Below are positions 9,138 through 19,337 of a stretch of 32,000 nt of DNA, in pieces (position 1 is the stretch's first letter; every line of letters begins with the position of its first letter). This DNA is from Mycolicibacterium smegmatis (lineage in GTDB: Bacteria > Actinomycetota > Actinomycetes > Mycobacteriales > Mycobacteriaceae). The position numbers and the translations under genes were made by a program. Under the pieces are notes generated by a model, which saw nothing but the letters and a program-made list of their open reading frames with translations, ran no database searches and was not told where the DNA came from. The stretch covers positions 120,001-152,000 of the forward strand of contig NZ_LN831039.1 in the NCBI RefSeq assembly GCF_001457595.1, given 5' to 3'.

Positions 9138-11285
9138 TCAGTGCACCGACTCGACGGGCTGCGGGTACAGCAACTCCAGCTCGCCGATGTGCGCCGCGAC
9201 CGTGACCAGGGGTAGCGCGGCCGACACCGCGAGGTCGCCACCCGTGGCCTCCGCGCGCAGCGCCAGCACGAAGGTCTCGCCGATCGGCACGAACACCGAC
9301 GTCGTGTCCTCACCGGTCAACCGCGCGCAGATGATCCGCGCGTGCGCCTCGATCGTTTTGCGGGTCTCCTGGTAGGCCTCCAGCGGCGGGGGTACGACGT
9401 CGGCGATCAGTTCGGCGGCCGCGCGCACGCGGATCGCCCTCGTGGCCGACCGCACGATCGGGGCGCGTTGATCAGACGGGCCGCCGCTTTCCGAAAGATA
9501 GTGGCGGACAGTGTCATCCAGGGTGCGGGAGGCCTCCAGGGCAGAATGGCTCAGCGCGATCACCCGGTCGGTGGCCTCCTCGGAGGCCCCGCGGGTGACA
9601 CGCAGAACAGCGGCCTCCAGCAGCTCCGCGCCTGCGGCGCGGGCCGCGTCGATCGCCTTGGTCACCGAGGCCCTGGCACCACGCGGCCACAGCAGGATCG
9701 ACACCACGATGCCGACGAGCGCGCCGACCACCACGTCCTCGATGCGGATCAACCCGACCTGCCAGCCGGTGGGGGCGATGAGGTTGAAGTTGATCAGCAC
9801 CATCATGGTGAACGCGGCCTGGCCGGCGATGAACGACGCGACCTCGGGTACGTAGGCCGATCCGAAGGCCACGATCGGCAGCAGGATCCACAGCACGACC
9901 GGTTGCACGCCGACGAGTTCGATGAGCACCGCGCCGATGACGAAACCGAGGGCGGTGCCCGCGACGGCGCGCACCACGCGCGTCCCCGTCGTGAGTGCGC
10001 TGCTGCGCAACACCGACATCGCGCCGAGCACCACCCAGAATCCGTGCTCGACCGGGAACACGTGGGTGACGGCGACCGCGAGCGCCAGGCCCAGACCCGT
10101 CCGCAGGCTGTTGCGCAGCACCACCGCGCGCGTCGACAGGAAGCCCTTGGCGATCTCGGCCACTGCGGTGGTCTCGGGCATGATCCAGTCGGCCGAACCG
10201 GTCTCGGGGAGCCGGCGGCCCAGCACGCGCGCCCACACCGGGCGTGCGTCGGCCAGGGCCGCGTTGCGGATCACCCGCCCGGTCACGGCGACGGTGGCCG
10301 CGATGGTGCGGCGCACCAGCAGTGCCTTGCCCACTTCGACGGCGTCGGCGTCGTCGGGGGTGCCCAGGATCGCGGCGATGTCCTCGCGGTACGTGCCCTG
10401 CGATACGGTGCGCAGTTCTTCCAGTGCGGCACGCAGGTCGGCGCTGCGCTCGGCACGTCTCGCCGGATCATGGATCCGCAGCAGCGCGGCGCTGTCGCGC
10501 AGCACGCGCACCACGGGATCGCGCATCTCCCCAAGGATCTCGCCCGTCGAATCGGTGACCCGGTCCGATATCCATCCGAGGTCGTCGACGACGCGCACGA
10601 GTGCGCGACTGCCCGCGGTCAACGCCACCGGACGGTAATCGGCGCCGAGGAAACTCTCGTACAACTCGTTCATGGCGCGGTTGACGTCGCGCGCCGAGGC
10701 GCTTCCCTCCAGCCGGTAGGCAAGCACGCGGCACACCCGGGCGGCGGTGCGGCGTAATTCGTCGTGGTGACGTGGCGGGAAGAGGAACAGCGCGGCGGGC
10801 ACGCAGACCACCAGGGCGATCACCCAGCCCAACAGCCGATCGGCGATCGGACCCACCGGGGTACACAGCGGAAGCACGAACAGCAGCAGGGTCGCCCGCT
10901 GCCCGGCCGCGACGACCTCGGACAGCACGCCCGAGAACGACACCACCACGCCGATGACGAACATCGACACCACGCTCAACCAGACGTGCGGGGCGATGAG
11001 GGTGCCCAGCACGATCAGCACGGCGCCGTTGAACGCCAGGCCCGCGAACGCCAGGGCGCGCGCCGGGCGGTTACCCGGGAAATCGGCCGTGATCAGCAGT
11101 GACACCGCGCCGAAGATGCTGAACAGCGGGGTCTGCGAGCCGCCGCCCACGGCGAAGCCGATCGCCGCGGCGATCGGGAGCACCACACCGGCGCGTGCCG
11201 CGCGGCGCAGCGCGTCGTACTCGGGATCGCGCTCACGGAGCCGCTCTGCTGCCCGTCGCCAGAGCTTGGCCGGGGTCAGCAGCAT
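9138..11285 (-). CDS. FUSC/aromatic-acid-exporter-like inner membrane protein
   Basis: 715 aa with two clusters of TM helices (N-terminal FSIFGAVSLLITADFPGNRPARALAFAGLAF...; second VFPVEHGFWVVLGAMSVLRSSALTTGTRVVRAVAGTALGFVIGA) typical of FUSC domain proteins. Confidence 0.8.
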   Translation of the reverse strand: MLLTPAKLWRRAAERLRERDPEYDALRRAARAGVVLPIAAAIGFAVGGGSQTPLFSIFGAVSLLITADFPGNRPARALAFAGLAFNGAVLIVLGTLIAPHVWLSVVSMFVIGVVVSFSGVLSEVVAAGQRATLLLFVLPLCTPVGPIADRLLGWVIALVVCVPAALFLFPPRHHDELRRTAARVCRVLAYRLEGSASARDVNRAMNELYESFLGADYRPVALTAGSRALVRVVDDLGWISDRVTDSTGEILGEMRDPVVRVLRDSAALLRIHDPARRAERSADLRAALEELRTVSQGTYREDIAAILGTPDDADAVEVGKALLVRRTIAATVAVTGRVIRNAALADARPVWARVLGRRLPETGSADWIMPETTAVAEIAKGFLSTRAVVLRNSLRTGLGLALAVAVTHVFPVEHGFWVVLGAMSVLRSSALTTGTRVVRAVAGTALGFVIGAVLIELVGVQPVVLWILLPIVAFGSAYVPEVASFIAGQAAFTMMVLINFNLIAPTGWQVGLIRIEDVVVGALVGIVVSILLWPRGARASVTKAIDAARAAGAELLEAAVLRVTRGASEEATDRVIALSHSALEASRTLDDTVRHYLSESGGPSDQRAPIVRSATRAIRVRAAAELIADVVPPPLEAYQETRKTIEAHARIICARLTGEDTTSVFVPIGETFVLALRAEATGGDLAVSAALPLVTVAAHIGELELLYPQPVESVH

Positions 11286-11290
11286 GAAGT

Positions 11291-11875
11291 TCAGTTAAGC
11301 GTATTTCCGTGGGTCGGATCGGATGACGGGGCGAACCGGCCTGTCGACAGCGCGTCGCGCAGCTGGAACGCGATCCAGCCGAGGGCGTCGCCGTCGCGGG
11401 GCAGGGTGCTCTGCTCGTACCCCACGATCACGTACACACCCCACGCCGCGAAATACCCGGCGTTGCGGTCGTCGCCGATGATCTCGCGGGCCGCCTCGAA
11501 CAGGATGTCGTAGCGCAGTTGGTCCACCACGGACTGGACGGTGTACACGTCGGGGTCCAGTGAACTCCACACCCGGATCGCGGCCTCGGCGCCGTGCGGC
11601 AGGGCCAGTGCTTCCCGGATGAGTGTTTCGACGCGTCGGTGCGGATCGGGATCGGCGCGCACGGCCTCGACCACGCGCAGGGTGCGGGCCTCCCGCCAGT
11701 GCTCGATGAGCTCCCTGGTGTATGCCGACCAGTTGGGGAAGTAGTGGTAGAACGATCCGGTTGTGACGCCCAGTCGGTTGCATACTTCGGCCAATTTGAG
11801 ACCGCCGTAGCCCAGATCGGACAACACGTCCATACCGGTGTCGAAGTACGACTCCCGCGAAACGACGCTTGCCAT
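11291..11875 (-). CDS. TetR/AcrR-family transcriptional regulator
   Basis: 194 aa from MASVVSRESYFDTGMDVLSDLGYGGLKLAEVCNRLGVTTGSFYHYFPNWSAYTRELIEHW, TetR HTH (GVTTGSFYHYF). Track ORF 5' extension judged non-coding. Confidence 0.85.
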   Translation of the reverse strand: MASVVSRESYFDTGMDVLSDLGYGGLKLAEVCNRLGVTTGSFYHYFPNWSAYTRELIEHWREARTLRVVEAVRADPDPHRRVETLIREALALPHGAEAAIRVWSSLDPDVYTVQSVVDQLRYDILFEAAREIIGDDRNAGYFAAWGVYVIVGYEQSTLPRDGDALGWIAFQLRDALSTGRFAPSSDPTHGNTLN

Positions 11876-11996
11876 CGATGTCACCCTAGTTCGTTCGTCA
11901 ACCCGGCAGGAACTCAATTTGCTGGGAAAATGCTGGTCTACGCAGGGCATTGATCTTCTGTATTGGGCATCCGGTGACGTGTGGCACAATTTGACC

Positions 11997-12632
11997 GTGG
12001 CGCATATCGCTAGTCGAGGACCAGGGAGACCGCCGGCAGCTAAGGCGGCGGAGACGCGTGAACGCATATTGAGTGCAGCTCGTGAGGTGTTCAGCGAACT
12101 CGGCTACGATGCTGCGACCTTCCAGGCGATCGCCATCCGGGCCGATCTGACCAGGCCCGCCATCAACCACTATTTCGGTAGTAAGCGGGTGTTGTACCGC
12201 GAGGTTGTCGAACAGACCAACGCGACCGTGATTGCGGCAGGTGTGGCGCGTGCGCGTGAGGCCACTTCATTGCTGGGACGCTTGTCCGCATTCTTTGCTG
12301 CGGCCATGGACGCGGAATCGGCCGACCGCTCATCCGCGGCATTTTTGGTGACGTCTGTTCTGGAATCGCAACGACATCCGGATCTCGTGTCAGAAGAGCA
12401 GGACGCACTGCTGAATTCGCGCAAATTCGTCGCTTGGGCAGTCAATGACGCCATCGAACGCGGTGAGTTGACGACGGATACCGATATCCCGGCCATCGTG
12501 GAGATGCTCGTGGCGGTGATGTGGGGAATGGGCTTCTACGCGGGCTATGTGGGCCGCTCGGAGGAGCTCGCAGCAATCGTCGACAAGTTCGAAATGCTGA
12601 TGGCGAACAAGCTCTGGCAACTTCGCGACTGA
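11997..12632 (+). CDS. TetR/AcrR-family transcriptional regulator (Rv0144-like position)
   Basis: 211 aa from GTG 11997: VAHIASRGPGRPPAAKAAETRERILSAAREVFSELGYDAATFQAIAIRADLTRPAINHYFGSKRVLYREVVEQ; TetR HTH; immediately upstream of the methyltransferase pair. Confidence 0.88.
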   Translation: MAHIASRGPGRPPAAKAAETRERILSAAREVFSELGYDAATFQAIAIRADLTRPAINHYFGSKRVLYREVVEQTNATVIAAGVARAREATSLLGRLSAFFAAAMDAESADRSSAAFLVTSVLESQRHPDLVSEEQDALLNSRKFVAWAVNDAIERGELTTDTDIPAIVEMLVAVMWGMGFYAGYVGRSEELAAIVDKFEMLMANKLWQLRD

Positions 12633-12675
12633 CGCGTGAGGTTCCCCACAGCCGGTCCGGCCGTGTGAGAAATTT

Positions 12676-12692
12676 AGCTAGACTGTCTAGCT
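12676..12692. promoter_or_regulatory. Perfect palindrome, candidate TetR operator overlapping promoter and start of methyltransferase 1
   Basis: AGCTAGAC-T-GTCTAGCT, 8-bp arms with 1-nt centre, ends 1 nt before the ATG at 12694; contains TAGACT as -10-like hexamer. Confidence 0.7.
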
Positions 12693-12693
12693 G

Positions 12694-14748
<2,055 letters not shown>

Positions 14749-14764
14749 CTCAGCGTTCCTTTTC

Positions 14765-14794
14765 TTGAACCATTCCATTTCTTGACTGGTTCAA
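14765..14794. promoter_or_regulatory. Inverted repeat TTGAACCA-N14-TGGTTCAA, candidate operator
   Basis: Perfect 8-bp arms at 14765-14772 and 14787-14794 in the divergent intergenic region between the small exported peptide and the SDR gene. Confidence 0.5.
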
Positions 14795-14904
14795 CTTAAC
14801 GAAGGCTACCCTCATTCCGGAAATCGCGCCGATCAGCGTGTGATCCACGACTCCTGGGCGATTGCCGACCCGGATGACCGGCGTTCGCCGCGTCGCCGTA
14901 TACA

Positions 14905-14927
14905 GAAGGGGACGTCAGACCCCCTTC
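14905..14927 (+). promoter_or_regulatory. 5' UTR/promoter hairpin upstream of SDR gene
   Basis: GAAGGGG-ACGTCAGAC-CCCCTTC, 7-bp perfect arms, 9-nt loop, located between a TATACA -10-like element (14899-14904) and the SD sequence (AAGAGGAA) of the gene at 14943. Confidence 0.45.
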
Positions 14928-14942
14928 AAGAGAGGAACACCC

Positions 14943-15809
14943 ATGCCAGGAGTGCAGGACCGCGTCGTCGTCGTCACCGGAGCCGGTGGAGGCCTGGGCC
15001 GTGAATACGCACTGACCCTCGCGCGCGGAGGCGCGAGCGTGGTCGTCAACGACCTGGGTGGCGCTCGTGACGGCACCGGATCCGGTTCGGCCATGGCCGA
15101 TCAGGTGGTCGCCGAGATCAAGGAGGCCGGCGGGCGTGCGGTCGCCAACTACGACAGCGTCGCCGAGTCCGAGGGCGCCGAGAACATCATCAAGACCGCG
15201 ATCGACGAGTTCGACAAGATCGACGGCGTCGTGAGCAACGCGGGCATCCTGCGCGACGGCACGTTCCACAAGATGACCTACGACAACTGGGACGCCGTAC
15301 TCAAGGTGCACCTCTACGGCGGCTACAACGTCATCCGCGCCGCATGGCCCCACTTCCGCGAGCAGAGCTTCGGCCGCGTCGTCGTCGCGACGTCCACCAG
15401 CGGCCTGTTCGGCAACTTCGGTCAGGCCAACTACGGTGCCGCCAAGCTGGGTCTGGTGGGTCTGATCAACACGCTGGCCCAGGAGGGCGCCAAGTACAAC
15501 ATCAAGACCAACGCCATCGCCCCCATCGCGGCGACCCGCATGACACAGGACATCCTGCCGCCCGAGGTCTTCGAGAAGCTCACGCCCGAGTACGTCGCCC
15601 CGGTGGTCGCCTACCTGATGACCGAGGAACTCGAAGACACCGACTCGGTGTTCATCGTCGGCGGCGGCAAGATCCAACGCACCGCGCTGTTCCAGAACGA
15701 GGGCGTCACGTTCTCCGACGGCGTGCCGACGGTCGACGACATCGCCGCCAAGTGGAACGAGATCACCGACCTCTCGGCCGCCCAGCTGGCCAGCTTCAAG
15801 CTGGGATAG
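14943..15809 (+). CDS. Short-chain dehydrogenase/reductase (Rv0148-like; MFE-type 3-hydroxyacyl-CoA dehydrogenase family)
   Basis: 288 aa; VVVVTGAGGGLGREYAL, NDLGG, SNAGILRDG, YGAAKLGLVGLINTLAQEG; GAGGAA SD; start at ATG 14943. Confidence 0.92.
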   Translation: MPGVQDRVVVVTGAGGGLGREYALTLARGGASVVVNDLGGARDGTGSGSAMADQVVAEIKEAGGRAVANYDSVAESEGAENIIKTAIDEFDKIDGVVSNAGILRDGTFHKMTYDNWDAVLKVHLYGGYNVIRAAWPHFREQSFGRVVVATSTSGLFGNFGQANYGAAKLGLVGLINTLAQEGAKYNIKTNAIAPIAATRMTQDILPPEVFEKLTPEYVAPVVAYLMTEELEDTDSVFIVGGGKIQRTALFQNEGVTFSDGVPTVDDIAAKWNEITDLSAAQLASFKLG

Positions 15810-15812
15810 CAG

Positions 15813-16778
15813 TTGAAAGCGCTTGTAGCACGAGCTCTCACCGGTACATCCGGGCTGGCGTACGCCGACGTCGACGAACCCGTGTCAGGTGATGCGGTCA
15901 TCATCGACGTCGGCGCCGCCGGCGTCTGCTTCCCCGACCTGCTGCTGTTGCGCGGCGAGTACCAGATGAGGCTGGACCCGCCGTTCATCCCCGGCATGGA
16001 GGTGGCCGGAACCGTGCGGTCGGCGCCCGAGAGCTCGGGTTTCGCCCCGGGCCAACGGGTTTCGGCCTTCACGATGATCGGCGGGTACGCCGAGCAGGTG
16101 GCCGCGTTGCCCGACAACGTGATTCCCACACCCGAGGACCTCGACGACGCGTCGGCGGCCGCGCTGCTGGGCAACTACTACACCATGCAGTTCGCACTCG
16201 CGCGTCGCGGCGCACTGGTGCCGGGCGAGACCGTGCTGGTGCTGGGCTCGGCGGGCGGCATCGGCACCGCGTCGATCCAATTGGCCAAGGCGCACGGCGC
16301 CAGGGTGATCGCGATGGTGCACCGCGCGGGTGCCGAGGACTTCGTGTCGGGGCTGGGCGCCGACGTGGTGCTGCCGCTCACCGACGGGTGGCGCGATGCG
16401 GTGCTCGCCGCGACCGACGGCCGCGGCGTGGACCTCGTCGTCGACCCGATCGGCGGGCCGGCGTTCGACGACGCCGTGCGCGTGCTCGCCCCCGAGGGGC
16501 GGCTGCTGGTGATCGGGTTCGCCGCGGGCGCGGGCATCCCCACCGTCAAGGTCAACCGGCTGCTGCTGCGCAACGTCAGCGTCGTCGGCGTCGGCTGGGG
16601 CGAGTTCGTGCGCCGCAACCCCGGCGCGCAGGCCGCCGTCGGTGCCGAGCTCGGCAAACTGGTGGCCGAGGGGCTGCGGCCACCCCCACCGGTGCGCTAC
16701 CGGTTGGCCGACGGCGCGGCCGCGTTCGACGCCATGGCCGCGGGCGAGGTTCGCGGGAAGCTGGTGCTGGAGCCTTAG
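15813..16778 (+). CDS. NAD(P)H:quinone oxidoreductase, zeta-crystallin-like MDR (Rv0149-like)
   Basis: 321 aa, TTG start; MKALVARALTGTSGLAYADVDEPV...; VLVLGSAGGIGTASIQLAKAHGARVIA nucleotide-binding motif; 3-nt gap after the SDR stop. Confidence 0.9.
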   Translation: MKALVARALTGTSGLAYADVDEPVSGDAVIIDVGAAGVCFPDLLLLRGEYQMRLDPPFIPGMEVAGTVRSAPESSGFAPGQRVSAFTMIGGYAEQVAALPDNVIPTPEDLDDASAAALLGNYYTMQFALARRGALVPGETVLVLGSAGGIGTASIQLAKAHGARVIAMVHRAGAEDFVSGLGADVVLPLTDGWRDAVLAATDGRGVDLVVDPIGGPAFDDAVRVLAPEGRLLVIGFAAGAGIPTVKVNRLLLRNVSVVGVGWGEFVRRNPGAQAAVGAELGKLVAEGLRPPPPVRYRLADGAAAFDAMAAGEVRGKLVLEP

Positions 16779-16798
16779 CCGGTGCGTAGCGTGGAGCC

Positions 16799-17512
16799 GT
16801 GGACACGGCGCTGCGCAGGGCCATGGATCTGCTCATCGATCCACCGGCCGAACCAGATTTCAGCAAGGGCTATCTCGACCTTCTCGGGCGCGGTGACAGC
16901 ACCCCGCCCAAGAACACGGGACTGATCCAGAAAGCCTGGGCATCCCCGCTGGGGTCCAAGCTCTACGACCGTGCCCAGTTGCTCAACCGCAGGCTCGTCG
17001 CCTCGACGCGACCGCCCGTCGAGTGGCTGCGCATCCCGCCGGGCGGCACGGTCCTGGACATCGGGTGCGGGCCGGGCAACATCACGGCCCAGCTCGCGCG
17101 CGCCGCGGGCCTGGACGGGCTGGCGCTCGGCGTCGACATCTCCGAGCCCATGCTGGCCCGCGCGGCGGCGGCCGAGGCGGGCCGCCAGGTCGGCTTCGTG
17201 CGCGCCGACGCGCAGCAACTGCCGTTCCGCGACGAGGTGTTCGACGCGGCGACCTCGCTGGCGGTGTTCCAGCTGATCCCCGATCCCGTTGCGGCCGTGT
17301 CGGAGATCGTGCGCGTGCTCAGGCCCGGCGGACGCGTCGCGATCATGGTGCCCACGGCCGGAGCGGTGAAACCGGTGACGTTCCTCGCGCGTGGCGGGGC
17401 CCGCATATTCGGCGACGACGAGCTGGGCGACATCTTCGAGAACGTGGGTCTGGTCGGGGTGCGGGTCAAGACCCACGGCTTCATCCAGTGGGTGCGCGGG
17501 ACCAAACTGTGA
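16799..17512 (+). CDS. Class I SAM-dependent methyltransferase
   Basis: 237 aa; GGTVLDIGCGPGNITAQLAR motif I, LALGVDISEPMLARA, FDAATSLAVFQLIPDP...VLRPGGRVAIM; GTG start. Confidence 0.88.
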   Translation: MDTALRRAMDLLIDPPAEPDFSKGYLDLLGRGDSTPPKNTGLIQKAWASPLGSKLYDRAQLLNRRLVASTRPPVEWLRIPPGGTVLDIGCGPGNITAQLARAAGLDGLALGVDISEPMLARAAAAEAGRQVGFVRADAQQLPFRDEVFDAATSLAVFQLIPDPVAAVSEIVRVLRPGGRVAIMVPTAGAVKPVTFLARGGARIFGDDELGDIFENVGLVGVRVKTHGFIQWVRGTKL

Positions 17513-17522
17513 GCGCCATCCA

Positions 17523-18008
17523 GTGAGCACTGTCGGAATCGTCCTGGTCGCGCTCGCGATCGCCGTCGGCCTCATCGGCATCGTCGTGCCCATCCTGCCC
17601 GGCGGTCTGCTGGTGTTCGGCGCGATCGCGGTGTGGGCCATCGTCGAGCGCACCGCGGCGGCGTGGGTGGTGCTGGGCGTCGCGGCAGCGGTGTTCGTCG
17701 CCGCCGAGGTCGTCAAGTACCTGTGGCCGGTGCGGCGCATGCGGGCCGCCGAGGTCGGCACGTGGAGCCTGGTGGCCGGTGGTGTCCTCGGCGTGATCGG
17801 GTTCTTCGTCATTCCCGTCATCGGGCTCGTCATCGGCTTCGTGGCCGGCGTCTATCTCGCGGAACTCGCTGCGCGCCATGAGCACCGGCGCGCCTGGGTC
17901 TCCACCGTCCATGCGCTCAAAGGTGTCGCGCTGTCGGTGGGCGTCGAGCTCACGGGCGCGTTGTTGGCTACCATCGCGTGGGTGGTCGGGGTGGTGGTCA
18001 CGAATTGA
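17523..18008 (+). CDS. DUF456-like small integral membrane protein
   Basis: 161 aa from GTG 17523: STVGIVLVALAIAVGLIGIVVPILPGGLLVFGAIAVWAIVE... GVIGFFVIPVIGLVIGFVAGVYLAEL, typical DUF456 pattern. Confidence 0.75.
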   Translation: MSTVGIVLVALAIAVGLIGIVVPILPGGLLVFGAIAVWAIVERTAAAWVVLGVAAAVFVAAEVVKYLWPVRRMRAAEVGTWSLVAGGVLGVIGFFVIPVIGLVIGFVAGVYLAELAARHEHRRAWVSTVHALKGVALSVGVELTGALLATIAWVVGVVVTN

Positions 18009-18559
18009 ACGACAACGCGGCATGGACGCTCTCGGCGTCCGACGGTGAACTGCTGCTGCACACCGGTGTCACCGGGACAGCAGCACGTGTGGGACATCGG
18101 CTGACGATCGCGATGCGGTCGTGGGAGGCGACGGTGTTCTGGGAGGGCGACGGCGCGGGCGCCGAGCCCGTCAAGGCCGAGCTCACCATCGACATCGACT
18201 CGCTCGAGGTCGTGGGCAGCGAGGGCGGCATGACGCCGCTGTCGGGTGCGGAGAAGACGCTGATACGCAACAACGCGCTCAAGCTGCTGCGTGCACGGCG
18301 CTTCCCACAGGCCCGGTTCGTCAGCTCCGACATCGAGCGCGACGGCGACATCGTGCGCATGCACGGCGCCTTCGAGCTGTTCGGAAAGGTCCGCGACCAC
18401 GTGCTGGAGGTCCGTATCGACGACGGCGTGATCTCAGGGCAGTCCGTGGTGCGGCACAGTGACTACGGCATCAAGCAGTACTCGATGCTGATCGGCGCCA
18501 TGAAGGTGGCCGACGACGTGCGGGTCACGTTCACCGCAACGCATCGCGCAGCGCGGTGA
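18005..18559 (+). CDS. YceI-like domain protein
   Basis: 184 aa from TTG 18005 (TTGA overlap with DUF456 stop); ...GHRLTIAMRSWEATVFW...AELTIDIDSLEVVGSEGGMTPLSGAEKTLIRNNALKLLRARRFPQARFVSSDIERDGDIVRMHGAFELFG, YceI beta-barrel pattern. Confidence 0.7.
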   Translation: MNDNAAWTLSASDGELLLHTGVTGTAARVGHRLTIAMRSWEATVFWEGDGAGAEPVKAELTIDIDSLEVVGSEGGMTPLSGAEKTLIRNNALKLLRARRFPQARFVSSDIERDGDIVRMHGAFELFGKVRDHVLEVRIDDGVISGQSVVRHSDYGIKQYSMLIGAMKVADDVRVTFTATHRAAR

Positions 18560-19337
18560 GCTCCTCGGGAGAGATCCCGGCCGCCGTCATGAATCCCGAC
18601 AGCGAACCGTAGGCCTCCTCGAGCCGCTTCCACGCCGCGGCGAGATACTCCTCGCGCACGCCGAGCACCTCGTCGGTCAATCGCGCCTCGGCGAAAGTGA
18701 TGATCTCGGGCTCGTCGCCCGAGCGCGCCCGCACCGAGTCCATGATGCGGTTGCGCAACGGCGTGATCGCCTCGTTGCTGCGCAGGAAGTCGGCGAAGAT
18801 GTCGTCGCGGTCCACCCCGGCCGCGTCGAGCACCGTCGCGACCGTGAACCCCGTGCGGTCCTTGCCCGCGAAGCAGTGCGCGATCACCGGCCTGCCCGCG
18901 GCCAGCAGCGAGACCACCTGCCGCACCGCGTTGTGCGCGCCGGGCAGCGTCGGGAACTCCTCGTACACCTCGGTCATGTAGCGCCGGGCCGACTCGGTGA
19001 CGTCCTCGCCGTCGGGGGACTCGGACATCACCCGCTGAAACGTGCTCTCGTGCGGCGCATCCTGGCCCGACGTGTCGTCCGGGTGGAACGGCAGCAGGTG
19101 CACCGCGACGCCGTCGGGCACCTGGCCCGGGCCGCGGCGCTGCACCTCCTGGTGCGACCGCAGATCGGCGACGTCGGTGATGCCCAGCCGTTTGAACACG
19201 GCTCGGCCGTCGTCGGAGAGCTTGCTCAGCTCACTGGAGCGGTACAGCACGCCGGGCCGGATTCCGGTCTCCTGCGCGACATCCCGGAAGTTCCAGGCGC
19301 CGCCCAGCTCGAGCGACGTGCCATCGGGCCCGGTCAT
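18531..19337 (-). CDS. ptpB: PtpB-like protein tyrosine/lipid phosphatase
   Basis: 268 aa from MTGPDGTSLELGGAWNFRDVAQETG...; P-loop HCFAGKDRTGFTVA identical in layout to Mtb PtpB (Rv0153c); downstream of fadE2 as in Mtb. Track ORF start 19622 is an extension. Confidence 0.9.
   Translation of the reverse strand: MTGPDGTSLELGGAWNFRDVAQETGIRPGVLYRSSELSKLSDDGRAVFKRLGITDVADLRSHQEVQRRGPGQVPDGVAVHLLPFHPDDTSGQDAPHESTFQRVMSESPDGEDVTESARRYMTEVYEEFPTLPGAHNAVRQVVSLLAAGRPVIAHCFAGKDRTGFTVATVLDAAGVDRDDIFADFLRSNEAITPLRNRIMDSVRARSGDEPEIITFAEARLTDEVLGVREEYLAAAWKRLEEAYGSLSGFMTAAGISPEELTALRDALR

Noticed and set aside
9342-10757. 471-aa plus-strand ORF opposite FUSC gene
   Set aside because: Shadow ORF of the FUSC coding strand.
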